Part shown: positions 34,426 to 49,017 of the stretch, piece after piece
Layout: every line of letters begins with the position of its first letter
Numbering within the stretch: the first letter of the stretch is position 1
Source: Conidiobolus incongruus B7586
Taxonomy: Eukaryota
Assembly (NCBI GenBank): GCA_000697335.1
Contig: JNEM01009691.1
Coordinates: 1-64,000 of the forward strand
Length of the DNA stretch: 64,000 nt
Direction: 5' to 3'
Notes under the pieces: model-generated
What the model was told of the DNA's origin: nothing
Database searches by the model: none
Seen by the model: the letters and a program-made list of their open reading frames with translations, nothing else
Program-made: the position numbers and the translations under genes

Positions 34426-37400
34426 ACTATTCAACCAACCCTGCCGTTTATTTAATTCAAATCCTATCCTTTCTCACCCTCTATTCTCTCTAAGGAACTA
34501 TATGTAATCAGTACTATTCTTCACTATTATCAAGACAAGCTTCCCAATCTATCCATACCGGTTTATGGACCGGATCTACATTAGCAATGCTGGAATAAGT
34601 TGCATTTATTAAGTTATTACAATCAATTATGTTTTATAAGTAAATAAATCTACTAACAATGAATATATGTTTTCAGTATTCATCGATTTGCTCTCATATG
34701 TTGCAATGTCGTTCATTCAAGCGAATTCAGAGCGCCAATGAAAAAATTTTTCAATGTTTTCATTCGTGGGCAGTTGAATTGATTATTTTTCCAACTTCAT
34801 CTAAAAAACAAGTTAGATGGATGAATATTTCTAATTTCCTTATTAGGTTATAACAAATTTTTCTTCATCATGGATGACACCCCATCCACCAATCAGAATC
34901 ACTTTCAACCCAAAATAAAAATAATACTTAGAATGAATTAATTCCAATAATACATCCTTAATTCCATTTTTACCCGAATTGATGAATGGGTAATATCTCC
35001 AATTCTACCCAGGTATTCCTCAATTTTTTTTAATATTTTGATTTTTTCTAATAGTTAATTTTCTTGTGATCTATTCAGTAGTAGCATATCAGATGATTAG
35101 GTCAATTACTCTATGGATAGAAGCAGTTAGTATTGATATTTAGATTCAATGGACTAGACTCATATTATCAATTTAATCAATTGATCCTATTCATCATCTA
35201 TCCAAAGTAAAACATATTATACTAATTACTTGATAAGTTGTGCATAACTGATGAATGAGAATTATTTCTTAGTAATGGAATAAGGGATGTAAGAGAGCAG
35301 TGACATGATAAAATCACTCATTTAATTCATCTAGCCTGATTGATTTAGAACAATACTTGATTTAATCATAATTTCACTCCAATATAGCAATTCAAGAGCA
35401 ATCTTGAAAAGACTATATACAGTAGTATTTTATTTCATTATTTATTTCAAAAAATGAATCCAAATTATACAATATTATATCTTTCATTCAATATTTATTC
35501 TCTATAACTCCCAATGTAGTGAATATTATATATTATTAAATCCTTTAAATGGGGTTGTTAATTTATTATTGCTTAATTTGGTAATATCAAATTTTAAAAT
35601 ATGAAGAATATATCTAAATTATTTATTTTGTGATTTAACAATGTTGTAACAATTTAATAATTTTATTTTATAAAAGTAAAGAGATAATAATCTATAATCC
35701 GAATATATGTTTTGTAAAGAAATAGGATAGCTAACAAATTAAAAAAAATCGGATGAAATGGTATTTGGAATAATAATGAATAGGAATAATTCGTAATCAT
35801 TGAACATAGTATTCTCATGATATCATCTTGATGTAAAAATGAAACCATTATTCATTTAAATTAATTTGATTCTATTGATGGTTGTTATAAATTTTGTATT
35901 GTTTATTTTAACAATATGAATTAATAATTCAATATTTTCTAATTATCCGAATATTGAATTGTGAATTTATTAATAACAGATGAAATATAGATATATTGTT
36001 TTTATATTCAAGTTTTTGAATAAATTAAATTTAAGGATTATATTTTAATCCAATTTAATCAATATTTATTATCATATTATTTAGTTCTTTTTAATTGATT
36101 AAAGCTCTGAATTAATGTTATTATTAATTATATTAGTATTCAAAGTTGATTGAACTAAATTTTTTAATAAAAGGATTTTTAATACTAATGAGAATTTTAA
36201 AATATGTGACGTATTATTTGTAAATGATTCTTTGGTAATTCAATTCAATTAATCATAATTACATAAATTGTATTAAGAATGACTGATGAATTAACCTATT
36301 TTGATTCAATAATTTTGAAATTATTTTATTATTAATAAATTTTTCTTTTCAATGATTTACATAAATTCTCAGATTGTGGAAATTAGTTATTATTTCATTC
36401 CGAAAAATTTCATGCAAATGCAAAATTTCTTTTCCTAATAATTCCATTTCAAGATTTATATTATTAATTATTCAGTTTTCTGTAAAAATCATAACACATA
36501 AAAGATTCATTAATTCTATAAGTATATTATCATTATTTTTTTATAATTCAGCTCAATTATGTGATGAATAGAAAATACTTTAATTAATCGGTTTTACTAT
36601 AACTATACTTTGATTTTGATATATATTCAACAAATATTGCAGTTAAAATAGTTTTTTACACTATAATATTGAAAAATAAAATATATTTCAATATTGCTTA
36701 GATATCATATTTTGATATTGTAGTCATTTATTTATAATTTTAAAATTTAAAAATTCAATTTTATTTAAATAAAATAATGATATTCAATTAATTTATAAAT
36801 ATTTATACTTCTCTAATATTTGAAAAAATATTGCTGAGTTTTTCTATTGAATTATAAAATTAAAAAAAATATAATATTGATAAAGTATATGGATTTAAAT
36901 AAAATATTATATTAATTATACTCAATTACTTAAAAATATTTTATTATTATAATACTAGATTGAATATTTAATGATAATGCTATACCAATAGCATCACCAA
37001 TAATGATTAACATTAAAAATCGTATATATAAAATATGAATATTTTTAAGTAATTGAGTATAATTTTAATAATGATTATTTTTTTGCATTCGAATAATCAA
37101 TATACAAATTAATTTTGATGATATGTTAATATAAACAAAAGTGAGATTTTTTAGTGTTATAAAGTAATGAATATGTGTAAGTCATTCCTAACGTCTGATT
37201 TAATATTCAATTTTATGATAATTTCTTAATGATTTTTAATATGATATTTTATTTTATTTCACTATTATACAAATTGAAAATTTCAAATATAAATATAAAT
37301 TAATTGAATAAGATAAGCAATCAATAGATATATATTATATATAATGTGATTAGGTATTGTTTTATTTGAAAAGAAAATCTTCAATATTTTTTAATTTATA

Positions 37401-37835
37401 TTGTTTTTATAAAGATTAACGTTGCTTTGTGAATGGCGATTTTTAATATGTATATATATTCAATAGAGGCGAGCTAATCTAAAAAGTGTCTGGTATATAA
37501 ATTGAATATATATAATTAATATTGATAAATTATCAAAATACAAAACTCAAAATCTATTAATTGTAAGTGAATTTTGAAAAATAAAATATAAAATTAATGA
37601 TTATCTCACTTTGAACCAAATAAAATATTTTAAAAATATATACTTAATACTATTTAATGGTTAAATTCTATAATTTGCTAATATCAAATTCATATATATT
37701 GTATTAAAAATATATTAAACATTATATTAACTATAATAATGTAGTATTTTATACTATAGAAACTCTGAAATCATAATAAAGATTAGAATATTATTACATA
37801 CTGTGTAGCCATCATTAAAATATTATTATAAACTA

Positions 37836-37861
37836 ATATATATATATATATATATATATAT
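37836..37861. repeat. (AT)13 microsatellite
   Basis: Direct reading. Confidence 0.9.
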
Positions 37862-38196
37862 TATTTACTTATACAGATACAAGTATATTAGATACTCAAT
37901 TGGCTTAAAATTAGAGTTAAAAATATAATGATTATTATTTCAATACAGTTTGATTTTAATAAATTGAAAATTGTGTATAATATGATGATATTTTTAAAAA
38001 AGGAAAGTTTTATAAATTTCAAAATTATTAAAATCAATTTAATACATTAATAATATTATAATAAAATGAATTTAAATAACAGTGTTGATGACATAATTAT
38101 TAATAATGTGAAATGGGTTTATATTTAAATTATTTATTAGGAAGAATTTTATGAGATTAGGTTTAATGAAAAAAAATACAGGATATGGCTTAAATT

Positions 38197-38391
38197 CTAT
38201 TGAAAGGAGGATCCTTTAGAGATTAATAATTGCTTTTCGTCAGTGTATATTGAGTCAGTGTCTACCTCTTTACGTTCTCGTCTAAGTAACTCTTCTTGAT
38301 ATTTGGGATCAATTGTAAAGTTTTCAAGTGTTGCCAAACGATGCAAACAGATATTAGCCATGTTAATTGTTTCTTGGTTCAATTTGAACAT
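38197..38391 (-). CDS. Small hypothetical protein or pseudogene remnant
   Basis: 64-aa ORF with coding-like composition; the frame continues upstream past one TAG. No recognisable family. Confidence 0.3.
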   Translation of the reverse strand: MFKLNQETINMANICLHRLATLENFTIDPKYQEELLRRERKEVDTDSIYTDEKQLLISKGSSFQ

Positions 38392-40344
38392 CGTATGAAT
38401 ACTCTAGGGTCTTTTTATACATGCTGTAAAGGGATTATCAGTAGTCCCTGAACAAACTAAGAAAATTAACTACTACGTAATTATCAAACATCAATTAGAT
38501 TTAGCAAGTCTTTCTAATTATTTTCATAAGAATAGCTGTGCAAAAGTTATTGATGAATTGGAGTTAATGATTAAATTTACCCATGTAGAAATTATTTTAC
38601 AAAATTACTTAATTAGGTTTAAATCTTAAATTTTCAAAAATTCATCATAAAAAATGAATAAGTTAGAATAATCTTGAAAGTATTAGTTAAACTTAATTGG
38701 TTATTAATATTGAATTTTTCAAATTTATAAGAATAATTAAAATGAATTAATCATCAATTTTATGGATATCAAGTTCAAAATAAATTAAGTAAGCTCCCCA
38801 GATATAAATTGTATATAACATGATTTTAATCAAAAAATATATTTAAATTGTGAGTGATATTTATTTTATAAATTTATATTCGGCACTTCATTAATTTTGA
38901 TAATTATGGTTTATAAAGATATTAAATACTTCAGCTTTTATCTGTATATGCATGTATTGTTTAAGTATAAAACACTATATAAATTTCCATTTCACTCGAT
39001 TAAGTATTATTAGTGTATTTCGATAATAGTTGCTGCGAATGGTTGCATTTAGAAGTATTAGTTTTTATACTATTAAGTTTCATTTAGTGTAATTATTAAT
39101 ATTTTTAATATAATTTGACAAATTTAGTGCTGACAGATATCAAATTTTTGCATACGTTTGAACCAATATTAAAAACCTAACTAAAATCAATTTACCTTAA
39201 GTGCTATCCATATAAAGAATGGTAATATAGGTATAAAATAAAGCAATGATAAATTTATCAATAATATATTGGTCTTTTTACAGTGAATTGAAAGTATACT
39301 AATATTTAAACTATGGACAATTATAAATAACTTGAATTTTTTTTAAAAATCCAGCTTAAATTTGAAAATTAGTCAATTAAATTGAAATCGTATCAATAAA
39401 TTTATTATGAACAATTTCAAAAAAAAAGTTAATAATGCGCAACTTATTATGCTAACATCTATTGGATATTATAAAAATATTATTATGTTTAATTATAAAA
39501 TTCATTATGTCAATATAATATTAATAATATATTATTTAGGTGATAAATTAAATGAAATTGAAGTTATTTAAATGACTAAATTAATGATAATTTTAATAAT
39601 GAAGTATAATAAATGGCTAGAACCTGTTAGATATAATTTGAATGTGTGATACCTGGGTTAGGATTAACAGTATACATACAGAAAAGAGGTATCTTCAGCA
39701 ACCGATGAAATAAGTTGGTTACAATAAAAACACAAATGACTTGATTAAATAAATATGTTGCCATAAATTTGACATATTTAGTTGCAATCATTTAAGAGTG
39801 CATTATTTAAATTCGATTAATCTATTCATAAACATGTTTTATTATATTAAATTGAATATATTCATGAATATTATTTTAATAATTATATGAGAATATATTT
39901 ATAAAATTTTTGAACTTTTGATTAATGAAAATCTTAACTAATTTATTTTGAGTTTGAAATCTAGTAAATTAATTCAAGTATAGCTAAATTAATAACTATT
40001 ATTGATTGTGAAAAACCCTATATATTCAGCAATGAATAATATTTAGAATTAATGGTTTTGAATTATTAGATGTTTTATATCATTGGGTTTAATAGTATGT
40101 ACTAGAAAATGAATATTTTTTTTTCAAAATCTTATGGTGATAATTTGCCACAATATTATTTAATTAGAATGTACTAAATTTAATGATTTCATTCGTTGAA
40201 TGATTGGATATTACAGATTTAGACTAAATATCTTAATTGTATAATTTGATAAATGGAAAAAAAAATTAAATTTATTAATATATTCTTTTGAAATATCTTT
40301 CTTATATGTAGAATCAATTCTATCATTTTAATTATATTAATATA

Positions 40345-41102
40345 ATGGGTAGTTGCTGTAGTAAACAAGAATCAAGCGAAGTAATATAAATATGACTGTT
40401 GCATTTATTTTACATATTACCAACTAATTATTTGTTTTTGTTTAGCCTAATGAAACAACTAGATTATTATCTAATAATGTTATTACAACACAACCCGAAG
40501 CAGCAACGTAAATTAACTAACATTAGTTTTTAAAATTTAAAATTTAAATTAATATTTTACTACATCTAGTATGGAAGAGTCTTTCCAACAGTTGTATCAA
40601 GCTAAATTGGAAGCTGAAACTAAAACTTTAAACCAAATCGTTTCTCAAACTGAAGAGTAACTATAACCAATTAAATAACTAATTATTTTATTAATTTCTA
40701 TTTATTAGGAACCTTATTGATATTTCAAGGTTGGAATCCAATGAACGCTTAAAATCTCAAGAAGGAACTATTACAAGTCATGATTATGAGTAATTAATTA
40801 ATATTCATTTTTGAATGATTTGTTAATTTATTATTAGTGAAATACTCACCAAATCCCAACGTTTAAAACAACATTTAAACTCTAAAAAACGTATAAGTAG
40901 CATTTTTAACACTGCTCCAGAAAACCCTTCTAAAGACGCTTATGCCACTTTGAATAGCTTGACTGTACCTGATTTAACTCAATTGAATCAAATTTCAAAA
41001 GAAATTCAAGATACCCTCAAATGTTTTGAAGTTCAAAGTACTCAAGATTTAATTGTACCTTTATCCTTTTCTAGCAATAGTGTTGAGGGTACAGCACATT
41101 AA
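40345..41102 (+). CDS. LAMTOR1: Ragulator/EGO anchor subunit LAMTOR1 (Meh1/Ego1)-like, 5 exons
   Basis: Spliced MGSCCSKQESSEPNETTRLL (myristoyl Gly, palmitoyl CC, dileucine motif), LNQIVSQTEENLIDIS, C-terminal FEVQSTQDLIVPL. All four introns are GT-AG and keep the frame. Confidence 0.85.
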
Positions 41103-41375
41103 CTTTAGATATCTAGTTAAATCCTTATTTAGTTTTCTCGCTTTATTTAACTCCTTTCTTTACTTTGATTTGATTTTAGCACATTTGATAATATCGATTA
41201 ATTTTAATAAATAATATATTGACTATCAATACATTGAATAATTTCCATTTGATAAATGAATAAGTTATATTGTATAATTAATACCCTCTCCCGTAGCTGT
41301 ACATATTTTCATTTAAAAAATGCTAAAATAAAATATTTATTGAAAGATAAAGTAAGTAATATATGAATAAAAAGT

Positions 41376-42728
41376 TTAAATATAGTCTTCTTCTATTCCC
41401 ACACTCAATGCGGCCTGTCGATTGAGCATTGACTGTGCTTTCTTTTGCGTGCGTGCTTTGGATACTCTGGAATTAGGGCTATGGACAACTCTGGGACTGC
41501 CTGGGATCCCAAGATTTGATTGAGCATGGATCATGCTGCTGCCAAATATCTGATGCAAAAGTTCATTCCGGTCAATGTGCACCGAAAATCCGCCCGCTAG
41601 AGTCACCCTGAAGTTTTGCAATTGCTTGATCTTGTTCCAGCTATCGAAATAAATATGGCATCGCTTAAATTTAAGTTTAATTTCGGGAAGGATTCCATTC
41701 TCAACAGTTGGAATAATATCTCTAAATGCGGCCCTTTGGTGACTGCGTTCCTTTTTGGATCTATACTTGGCAGAGTCAGTGGCGATTGCATGTAATTTGT
41801 CAATGAGGTCGGGAAGTTCGGGATAGATTTCACTTTCTTCGTCATGTGCACCAAGCGTTTCAAACATGACTGCAATATTCTCACCAGTGGAAATACGAAC
41901 GGCGGGATCTGAAGAATCAAGACATTTAACATGGAACGCAATGCTTTCATCGAACTGCTTCCGCATAAATGAATGACCCCCATATGCGAGACCTGTATAG
42001 AGTAAGCCATAACTATTGAGAATACTCAAAAGGATATTATGAGGAAGCTCTGAGGAAGTTGCCAACTGAAGGTAGAAGTCCATAAGATCAACGAGTTCAG
42101 TAGGATCAACATCGCTCACAAAACAACAGATAGCTAAGGTGTGGATTAGAGCTGCTCGAACATCGTCTGATCTTCCATCTTTGATAATTTTCTTTATCGA
42201 AGGAATTATTTCGAGATAGTGAGATTCTGAATTCCATTCAACAGTCAAGAATAAAAGCTCTAATAATTTAGCACCTAAGCATTTCTCTTTAGTTGAGGAA
42301 CCCTTAATGATTGCCTTTTTAATGCGCTCTAATGTGGTCTCATGGTAGTTATCCAAACAGTCGCGAACATATTTAAATGTGAAAATCTTAACAAGCTTTT
42401 CTAGAGCATCTTCTCTGGTACTATAAAAATGATTAGTACTAAAATTTTGGTTATGATCTGTGTTCAGGGGTTACCTAGTTCTCTTCTCTAAAATTTTTTC
42501 AAGTAATTCTTTTATAAGCTGAGTCAAGTCACTATCCTGAGTTTCTGAGTCAATTTCATTTAAACCGTCTCGGTCACTTTCAACAGAGAGGTAAGTTTCA
42601 TCAGAAAAATCGGAAAAGATCGATCCCTCATCATCAGATTCATTATCAGAGTTATTTCGACTAGCTGCAGGAGTATTCTTTCTGCTTGCAGACTTTACAG
42701 CAGCTTTTAACAAGCTCTTTTTACCCAT
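41376..42728 (-). CDS. Interferon-related developmental regulator (IFRD) family protein, 2 exons
   Basis: Intron 42421-42474 joins the two ORFs in frame. Motifs EKRTSTREDAL, VRISTGENIAVMFE, ATDSAKYRSKKERSHQRAAFRDI, FDSWNK, HIDRNELLHQIF. Confidence 0.88.
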
Positions 42729-43573
42729 TTTATATGTAAAAAAGAATTATAAAAAAATTAATATTTACAAAAGAATAGCTCTATTTTGAAATTATTTTAA
42801 ATAAAATTGGTGAAGAGCATTTTATCGGTTAGACAATCATGCGGAATTTATACCCTGATCTGATTGATTTAATTACTAACACATTTCAATTTCAAATTTG
42901 AGTCAGTTCTCTATTTAGAAATTCATGTATTATTAAGTGAATTTTACGTATTTTCAGCCAAATAAACTTCTAAATGCTCATCAATAAGATAATTGATTGG
43001 ACTGTTATATAATTTTGATTAATTGCTTTTATTCAGCCAATCCCTTGATTCAATTAATTTCATAATTTATGAATGGAATACAACATTAATAATCGATTGA
43101 TTATTACTAAGCCGATTAATACTAAAATATTTTGGTTTTTTATTTACCTTACATTATTTCATAAATACCGAATATGATATAATTATATGTATTTAACCAT
43201 GTAGATATTTTCAATTTCAAATAATCTTCCTTAATTATAGATAACTGAAGGTATAATTCTGTCAACGATAAAAATAGTTTGGATTGTTTGCTAATTACAA
43301 AACACATATTAATTCTGTATGAATTTGCATTAATAATAGCATTCAATTCCGCTATTAATAATAGTTTTGTCATTTATTATTTTAATTTTCAATGTTCGAT
43401 CATTTAGGTTAGAAAACATTAAAGATGGTAATATTTATTTGAGGATGATTATTAATCTCCCCTTTTTGTTCATATAAACTTGAAATGATTCAAGGAGAAA
43501 AATTTGAAAGTTTCATTTTCAGGAACTATATTATATTTCAAGATTTTATTTCAATTGATAAGATTTCAGAAAA

Positions 43574-43576
<3 letters not shown>

Positions 43577-43608
<32 letters not shown>
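43577..43608. repeat. (AT)16 microsatellite
   Basis: Direct reading. Confidence 0.95.
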
Positions 43609-43611
<3 letters not shown>

Positions 43612-44991
43612 TATAACAACTATGCTCATATTTGCAATTTGTAATTTGCAATCTTCTGTTTATAACTCATTTTGAAATTGGAATTTTGACAAAATAGTAA
43701 CCAACGTATCACGCTTGTTTGAAAGTGTATCAAAGTAATCACAACATACCTAATATAAAAACAATTAAAATTATATCAAAATATACATCATTCTAATGAT
43801 CAAAATTTCAAAAATATCCCAATTAAGATTTATTTAGTTTTTTAAAATAAAGGCAAATAAATCAAATGATGATACAATTATTGCATCATCAATTCATACA
43901 TCATTACATCATATGCATTGTATTTTTATTTTAGAGATTTGAAGGGATTTTTGTAATTCAAAAGTGAAAACTGGTTCAAAGGGTTAAAGGACTAATTCAA
44001 AGAGCCTGAGAATATTTATACTGTAGAAAACTACTATTACAAAGATATGAAATTGTGTCGTAATTATCAAATATAACAGTGAAATATTTTATAATTAAAT
44101 TTTCAAGATTATAATAAAACTACAATTGTATTCATATATATTCTAATGTTCTAAAGTTTGAATATTGTCCCAATAAAAATACATTTATTGACAAGAGTAA
44201 ACTGAGTATTTGCAAAATAACTGTTGATTTATATCCAAAATAGCTATTGTATGGAAATGATTAAATTTATATTATTTTTAAAATTACTTGCGTTTGTTAA
44301 TAATAAATATAATAATAATCAAGATATTAATTAGGTTTGATGATTATTCTATTCTATACAATATTAAAATTTGTCTCAGATAATGGGTGAATTCAATTTT
44401 AATTTAATATTTCAACAAAGTACAGTATTTTTATTTAAAACTATATACTAATACAACTGTAGCCCTTGAAATTATAATATATGAAAAATAATCTAATTGC
44501 ATTGAATTAGTTGTATATTATGTTTCATAAAAATCGGTAATCAAAATGCAATAATCCCACCTTTAATTCAAAATAGAATTATAAAAATTTTATTGATATT
44601 TTATCACTTGAATAAAAATGAATATAAAAATTATTACTCTTATTATATATATATATATATATATCCACTTATTATATTGTTCAGAAAAAATAATATATAC
44701 AATAATTATATTGAATATTATTGGTATTTTAAATCAAAACCATTGATTATTTATCAAGGTTACTAAAAGATAAAGGAAAATAACATTCTAATAAAGTATA
44801 TTTAACCACTTTGATATAGAGTATCCAAAAGTTATTCTTAATCGTAGAGAAGTTAATCAAGATATATTTCAAGTGAATTTGAATTTGGTTTAAAATTATT
44901 TATAGATCTATAAACTTACAATATTATTACTTTAAAATTAAAAATTATCATTAAATTTGATACAAAATATTGCTGAATGGAGAAAAATATA

Positions 44992-45000
44992 ATCCCATAA
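44992..45000 (+). promoter_or_regulatory. ATCCCATAA upstream element (TRM82)
   Basis: Exact 9-mer 91 bp upstream of ATG 45091. Confidence 0.6.
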
Positions 45001-45090
45001 AATAAATTATCAAATCAAAAACATAAATACAAAATCAATTAATTAATATAAATATGATAAATTCATATTTTAAGTTAATATTAAAATAAA

Positions 45091-46440
45091 ATGCATTTTC
45101 CAGTACCTAAAACTAACTTTCATCCTAACAATGACCAATTAGTTGTTAGCTTGACCAGATCTAAGCTACTTGGGTTTGATATTAAGTAATTATAATTAAA
45201 TTTTATTTAATTATGATGTATTAACATTATTCAATAGAGAAGGAAAGATCGCTTTTGACCATTCCGTTCCCAACCTCAGCAAGGATCCTAAGAATTTGGA
45301 TGTCCTTAACTTTTCATTCAATCACGATGGCACTTTGTTAGCCGTCGTTGTTTCTGACAAATCTTTAGTTGTTTATGACACCACCACTTGGGAAATTAAG
45401 CATCAGACCATTATTCCTAAACGTGCTAACGTCGTCAGATTTACTCCTGATGGCGAGTTCGTTGTTGTTGGTGACAAATTTGGCGATGTGTATCGATTCT
45501 CTCTCAATGACTTTGGCAAAGAAGAACTCATTTTGGGCCATGTCTCTGTGTTGACTGATCTTTTCTTGAGCCCCAATGGTAAATTAATTGTCACAGCCGA
45601 TCGTGACGAAAAAATTCGTGTCAGTAAATTTCCCAATGGCTATAATATTGAGAACTACTGTCTGGGACATTATGAATTTGTGTATCAGATCGCCCCCTTG
45701 GTCAACTTTGATGGATTTTTAGTATCTGGAGGTGGTGACGATTACATCAATGTTTTCAACTATTTGACTGCCAAACGCATCCAGAAAATTGATCTCACCA
45801 GTATCATCCAATTACCATATTATACCGTTGTTCAGTTACTTCAAGCTGAAAGCATAGCTGATCACTTATTTGTCATTTTGGAAGGCTTTAATGGACTCCT
45901 AGTTTTCAAGATTGAAAATCAAGACGGATTACCCAATTTGAGCTTGGATCAAAAACTTGAATTTGATCAAGATTTTGAGCCAATCAGCATCACTGCCAAC
46001 AAACTTAGTCAATTGTTTGTATCTTTATATAACAATAATACCCATATCGCTCAATTCAAGGGCTTTGAATTTGATTCAACAAATGTAAATACATTACAAT
46101 AATCAGAGTTGAGTGAAATATCAGACTAATATTGATTTTAGCAAGCTTTTAAAAATTTAGAAATTGTTGGAGTAGATCAATTTTTGCAAATTTTATCCAC
46201 TGGTAATTCGAATATACATACTTATGATTACATTACTTATTTTGATGTTTAGATTCAATTACAGATACCAAATTAGCAAGAATTAATGATTTAAGAAAGA
46301 GCAAATTTGATGAGCCTAAGGGAGATGATGATGACAATGAAGACGACGAGGCTAAAGGCGATAAATTGAATCCAACTCCATACCGTGAAATCAAAAAATC
46401 AAAACTTCGACCCAAATCCAACCCCACTAAATCCTCTTAA
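45091..46440 (+). CDS. TRM82: tRNA (guanine-N7)-methyltransferase non-catalytic WD40 subunit Trm82/WDR4, multi-exon
   Basis: IPKRAN, VGDKFGDVY, LGHVSVLTD, TADRDEKIRVSKFP, IENYCLGHYEFV, LVSGGGDDYI. Start MHFPVP at 45091. Confidence 0.92.
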
Positions 46441-46668
46441 CATAATAAAATTGTTATAGATATTTCTTATAGATTTCAAATTCAGTAATCATTTTGTTTT
46501 TTGATAATTGACCGCTACTTCATTATACTCGAACGAAACCAGATCAATATATATTCAAAATTCAATTCATACTGACAAATATATACCACTTGGTTTAGTC
46601 TAGCTAACATATTTATTGATACTATGACTTAGTCTTATTATTTACATCTAATGCAGAATGGGAATTAA

Positions 46669-48811
46669 TTAATTTGCGTCAGTCAGTTCCAGGTAGCAGT
46701 CTTCGCAAATCCTCGAGGGCTTTGGATCGCTGGGTAATGTCCATCGAAATCTCGTGCAGTGGTTGCAGTATACCTTGCCATCGCGGCGACAGTGGTGCTT
46801 TCGGTTGACTATGGTGAATTTGGTTTGGCATTTGGTGCACTTAGTGACGAGCTGAGAGTCGACCCAAGGAATTTTACTACTCTGGCTTCCAACATATAGT
46901 TCTAGATCTTTCAAATTGAGCTTCGATTGAGCCATCTCTAAAGCAAACAACTCGAGCATACTATCCTGATGGTGTATTTGGTTCTCCAATTGGTCTTTCT
47001 GCTTGACCAATTCTGAATTGGTCTGCGTTAGTTGCTCAATACGCATTTCCATCTGTTTAATTTGATGGGTCAAGGATTGAGATAAGTTTTGATATTCAAT
47101 ATTTTCGTGGTTGCTATTGTTCAGTTTCTTGTTGAGTTGCTGTATATGTGCATTTTTATGCTCTAGCTGTTCACTCAAATACTCTACCTGACGGTTAGAT
47201 TCTTGGTATTTTGATTCGAGAGTCTGTTTTGTAGAGTCGAACTTATCTAGCTGAGACCGAAGGTCAAGTATTTCGGAATCTTTAAGCTTCAAAGTCGAAT
47301 GTAATTCTACATTTTTGGCTTCAAGAGTGTTCAATTTGGTAAGATGTGAAAAATTGATTTTTCTTAACGTAACAATCTCTGACTCTAGTTTTTCCACATG
47401 CTGCTTCCAATAAATCAGATCAGGATGCTCCGATTCCACCTGATCATCAAGCGAATCCAGGGATGGAGGGAGTGATATTTGGTCTGGCGGAAGTGATATT
47501 GGACTAGTTGTATTGGTCGATGGTGATTGGTTTAGTGATTTAGAAGTGGCGACCAATTTGGTTTCTGAAGCAGGGCTTGAGATAGATTGAAAAGCAATGT
47601 TTTGTGGCTAGAAGAAAGATCAGTTGAAGGTACATTATACTTAATAAGCTATAACTTACGCTTCCGTCATCATTCAGCTTAGGTAATATGATCTGTGGAG
47701 GAACAGGCGATGCTAGCTTTGGCTGGGTTAAAGAGTTAACAGACCCTTTAGGGCTGAGTGGTACGATTGAAGAAGGTGGAGATACTGATGCTGATAACTG
47801 TGTATTGACAAGTAATGGAGAGTGTGTATTCGAAGAAGATTTGGGTGATTCATGAATACCTATTTCGCTGACTCCTAGCGAAATCCGTTGAATATCTTCG
47901 TCATTGTTATGATCATTATTATTGGAAAATGATACAAGCTCTTGTGTAGTCTCCAAATTGGGAAGGTCTTTAAGCTCTTTATCAACAAAGCTGTCATTAG
48001 ATTCGATGGATCGAAGATCTTCAATTTCAGATTGACTTTCCTCATTTTCATTCAGCTGGTCTTTAAGCTTCTTCTCAAGTTTAGGTAGCCACTCTACAAG
48101 AGTAACTTCACTTAAGCTTTCTCCACTAAATATTTCGTTTAATTCTAATAAAAATTCGTGTTGAAATCCCAAATCAAATTTGATGTTATTTAAAACTACG
48201 AGCAGTCCATTAAATAAAACCATTTGATCTTGAAGAATGAAGGCATATGGTTCGTACCAGTCTTTTAATAGCTGGGGCTGGTTTAATAATAGTCCCAGAC
48301 GTTGATCTAATCTTTGGTTGATTAAACTGTGGAGAATGAACACGATGCCAGCAATTGAAGTTACTTGTGCCGATAAACTTTGGATTTTATTGGATAAACT
48401 GGGGTAATCTTCCATCATTGAACTGGTCTTTGGAGTATATTGGTATCCTGTCCAAATAAAGTCCCAATATGATTTTTTATAACCGAATAAATTCCTCTTG
48501 ACTTTTAGTCCGTGCTTTAATATTTGGTGTAATAAGTGAAATAACCACTGGACAGGTGGATCTTTCCAACTTAAAGATTCCTTCAATGTCGATTGAATTA
48601 GTAAAAGTTGGCCTAGCTGTTTGGTACATTTAAGTATTGAAGTGTATAGTTGATTTTGTTGTTGAACGAAGTGAACTATAGTTTTCAATTGCTCTGGGCC
48701 TGTAGTTTTTTCTAGTTCGCTTTTATTCTCTAAATTTTCTAATAAACTCTGCACTTGTTGAGGGTGACTTCTGATAATAAATAAAACATCGTGAATATTA
48801 TCTTGTGACAT
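46669..48811 (-). CDS. RUN + coiled-coil + FYVE domain protein (RUFY-like), 2 exons
   Basis: GT-AG intron 47608-47659 joins the two ORFs in frame. RUN-like motifs (LHQILKHGLK...SYWDFI; FILHSLINQRL; LLKDWYEPYAFI), long coiled coil, FYVE (WVD...CTKC..F.IVNRKHHCR). Confidence 0.85.
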
Positions 48812-49008
48812 TTGTTAACGATGTATTAAAATATAAAAAATAACCAATAGATAGAATTATATATAATATCAGATTATTACTAAAAATAAAAATCTTATTT
48901 TACTAAATTAATTATCTGAGTATCTATTGAATTAAATGAATTATGATTAATAAAAATTAGATGAAAGTTGTAATCATGACATAATATAGATTAGCCTAGC
49001 AATTTATA

Positions 49009-49017
49009 TTATGGGAT
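49009..49017 (-). promoter_or_regulatory. ATCCCATAA upstream element (RUN-FYVE gene)
   Basis: Exact 9-mer 198 bp upstream of ATG 48811. Confidence 0.55.

Noticed and set aside
47540..47660. Overlap of the 423-aa and 295-aa ORFs as a possible programmed frameshift
   Set aside because: A canonical 52-nt GTAAGT...TAG intron (47608-47659) joins them in frame.
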